A stretch of 64,000 nt of DNA from Squalus acanthias (Eukaryota). Location: assembly GCA_030390025.1 (NCBI GenBank), contig CM059431.1:144090001-144154000 (forward strand). The letters are read 5' to 3'. The notes under the pieces are model-generated. The model was not told the DNA's origin and did not search any database. It saw only the letters and a program-made list of their open reading frames with translations. Position numbers and translations under genes: made by a program. Of the stretch, positions 60,606 to 64,000 are shown one piece after another. The number at the start of each line of letters is the position of its first letter. The stretch's first letter is position 1.

Positions 60606-63600
60606 CAGATAGAGTTCTCTGCAGCCGAGAGCGAGATTCCCGTAGGCTGTGTTGCCTGCCCAGTGCCAGGGTTAAGGACATCTCCTCTGGGCTGGATAAG
60701 AAACTTGCAGTGGGAGGGGGTGGATCCAGTTGTCGTGGTCCATGTTGGTACAAACGACGTAGATAGGACAAGGACGCAGGTTCTGTTAAAGGAGAATGAG
60801 CAGCTAGGGGTCAAATTAAAAAACAGAACCTCAAGGGTATTACCTGGATTATTACCTGAGCCACGAGCCAATTTTGCTAGGACAAATAAAATTACAGAGT
60901 TAAATGAGTGGCTCAAAGACTGGTGTGGGAGAAATGGGTTTTGCTTCCTGGTACACTGGCACCAGTACTGGGGCAGGAGGGAGCTGTTCCGTTGGGACGG
61001 GCTTCAGTTGGCCAGTGCTGGGACTAGAGTCCTGGCCGATCATATAACTAGGGCTGTAGAGAGGGCTTTAAACTAACTAGTAGGGGGGAGGTTCCTAGAG
61101 AGCCAATAATAAAAATGACAACAGAGAAGGTCATAGACTTAGGTAGCAGTGGGGAATTTAAAAACCAGAGTGTGTCAGGAAGGGGCAGAAGGTATGGATT
61201 AAAAGGTAAAGTAATAAAAAGGGCAAAAGCAGGAACTAAATGTCACAAAACATATTTGAAAGTTCTCTATCTGAATGCACGTAGCATTCGTAACAAAATA
61301 GACGAGTTAATGGCACAAATAACTACATATGGGTATGATCTTGTGGCCATTACAGAAACATGGCTGCAGGGGGACAATGCCTGGGAATTAAACATACCAG
61401 GTTATTTAACGATCAGGAAGGACAGGCAGGAAGTAAGGGGAGGTGGGGTGGCTATGTTAATAAAGGAAGGAATAACTGTAATACAGAGAAATGATATTGG
61501 GTCAAAAGATCAGGATAATGAAAAAGTTTGGGTGGAGATAAGGAATAATAAGGGGAAAAAAACACTAGTGGGCATAGTCTATAGGCCTCCGAACAGTTGC
61601 AACTCTGATGGACGGAGTCTCAATCAGGAAATAGCTGAGGCTTGTAATAAGGGAACACCTTTAATTATGGGGGATTTTAACTATCATATTAATTGTACAA
61701 ATCAAATTGGGCAGGGCTGCCTTGAGGATGAGTTCATTGAGTGTATTAGGGATGGGTTTCTTGAGTAGTATGTAACTGAACCGAACAGGGGGCAAGGAAC
61801 CTTAGATCTGGTCCTGTGTAAAGAGACAGGATTAATTAAAAATGTCCTAGTGAAGGATCCCCTTGAAATGAGTGACCATAACATGGTTGAAATCCATATT
61901 CAATTAGAGGGTGAGAAGGTTGGATCTCAAACAAGCATGCTAAGCTTGAATAAAGGAGACTATGAAGGTATGCAGGTGGAATTGAGTAGAGTGGATTGGG
62001 AAAATAGATTAAAGGGTAAGACGATACATGATCAGTGGTGTACATTTAAGGAGTTATTTTACAACTTCCAAAAAATATTTATTCCACTGAGAAGAAAATG
62101 GTGTTAAAGAAAAGACAGTCATCCGTGGCTAAGTAAAGAAATTAAGGATAGTATTCGACTAAAAACAGGTAGCCAAATCTGGTGGGAGGATAGAGGATTG
62201 GGAAAACTTTAAGAGACAGCAAAAAATAACAAAAAGATTGATTAAGAAAGGGAAGATAGATTATGAAAGTAAATTAGCAAAAAATATAAAAACAGAAAGA
62301 AGGAGGTTTTATAGTTATATAAAAATAAAAAGGGTGGCTAAAGTAAATGTTGGTCCCTTAGAGGAGGAGACCGGGAAATTAATGGTGGGAAATATGGAGA
62401 TGGCAAATACACTGAATGGATATTTTGTATCAGTCTTTACAGTAGATGACACTAAGAATATAGCAACACTGGACAAACAGGGGGCTATAGGGGGCGGGGG
62501 GAGGAGCTAAACACGATCAAAATCACTAAGGAAGTGTTACTCGGTAGAATAATGGGACTGAAGGCGGATAAATCACCTGGACCTGATGGCTTACATCCTA
62601 GGATCTTGAGGGAAGTGGCGGTAGGGATTGTGGATGCATTGGTAATAATTTTCCAAAACTCCCTGGACTCAGCAAAGATCCCGGCAGACTGGAAAACTGT
62701 TAATGCAACACCCTTATTTAAAAAGGGTAGTAGACAGAAGGATGGAAGCTATAGACCGGTTAGCCTAACATCTGTGGTAGGTAAAATTTTGGAGTCCATT
62801 ATTAAGGAGAGAGTAACGGGACATTTGGATAATCATAATTTAATAGGACAAAGTCAGCATGGTTTTATGAAGGGGAAGTCATGTTTGACAAATTTGCTGG
62901 AGTTCTTTGAGGAAGTAACATACAGGGTGGATAAAGGGCAACCAGTGGATGTGGTGTATTTAGACTTCCAAAAGGCATTTGACAAGGTGCCACACAAAAG
63001 ATTATTGCTTTAGATAAAAAATCACGGCATTGGGGGTAATATTCTGGCATGGATAGAGGATTGGCTATCTAACAGAAGGCAGAGAGTTGGGATAAATGGT
63101 TCATTCTCAGACTGGCAATCAGTAACTAGTGGTGTTCTGCAGGGGTCAGTGCTGGGTCCCCAACTCTTTACAATCTATATTAACGATTTGGAGGAGGGGT
63201 ACGAGAGTAACATATCAAAGTTTGCAGATGATACTAAGATGGGAGGGAAAGTAGTGAGTGAGGAGGACATACAAAATCTGCAAGGCGGCATAGACAGGCT
63301 AACTAAGTGGGCAGAGATTTGGCAAATGGAAAACAATACTGGAAAGTGTGAGGTTATGCACTTTGGCAGGAAAAATAGTAGAGCAAGTTATTATCTTAAT
63401 GGCAAGAAACTGGAAAGTACTGAAGTACAAAGGGATCTGGGGCTCCTGGTGCACGAAACTCAAAAGGTTAGTATGCAGGTGCAGCAAGTGAGTAAGAAGG
63501 CCAATGGAATGTTGGCTTTCATTGCTAGGGTGATAGAATATAAAAATAGGGAGGTATTGCTTCAGTTGTACAGGGTATTGTTGAGACAGCACCTGGAATA

Positions 63601-64000
63601 CTGCATACAGTTTTGGTGTCCATACTTAAGAAAAGACATACTTGCTCTTGAGTCAGTACAAAGAAGGTACACTCGGTTAATCCCGGGGATGAGGGGATGG
63701 ACATACGTGGAGAGGTTGGGAAGATTGGGACTCTACTCATTGGAGTTCAGAAGAATGAGAGGCGATCTTATTGAAATATTAAAGATTGTGAAGGGGTTGG
63801 ATCGGGTGGATGCGTGGAGGATGTTCCTGATGATGGGAGAAACTAGAACTAGGGGGCATAGTCTTAGAATAAGGGGCTGCTATTTCAAAACTGAGATGAG
63901 AAGGAACTACTTCACTCAGAGGGTGGTAGGTTCATGGAATATGCTGCCCCAAAAAGCTGCAGAAGCTACATCATTACATAAATTTAAAACAGAAATGGAC
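60606..64000 (+). mobile_element. CR1 LINE: ORF1 SGNH-esterase C-terminus and ORF2 (APE + RT), multiple stops, runs off window edge
   Basis: VVVVHVGTND; YLNARSIRNK, AITETWL, YRPP, GDFN; KSPGPDGLHPRIL, YRPVSLTSV, YLDFQKAFDKVPH, FADD. Confidence 0.93.

Overview
Repeat-rich vertebrate genomic DNA, very probably a cartilaginous fish (inferred from the shark-type DeuSINE, CR1/L2 and Penelope repeats). The backbone is a cluster of four two-exon GPR139/GPR142-like class A GPCR copies in two inverted pairs. Gene 1 (-) is open as far as visible and runs off the left edge, gene 2 (+) is frameshifted, gene 3 (+) has one nonsense codon and gene 4 (-) has two. Every copy has the same 70-nt first exon, a conserved 37-bp promoter motif 25 bp before a TATA-like box, and an upstream minisatellite (26-bp or related 48-bp unit). 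Between the genes are a deleted ERV (tRNA-Ser PBS, gamma-type env, two different RNase H/integrase segments), two tRNA-Lys(UUU) pseudogenes in a 1.13-kb tandem unit, three MITEs, DeuSINEs, many CR1/L2 fragments and Neptune-type Penelope remnants with minimal hammerhead ribozymes. A near full-length Tx1-clade LINE is inserted with a 15-bp TSD into a Penelope terminal repeat about 20 bp from a hammerhead. The best leads are this possible Penelope-targeting Tx1 element, the GPCR birth-and-death module, and a minisatellite that is single-copy in one paralog and about 32 copies in the other. All alignments were done by eye and no database searches were run.
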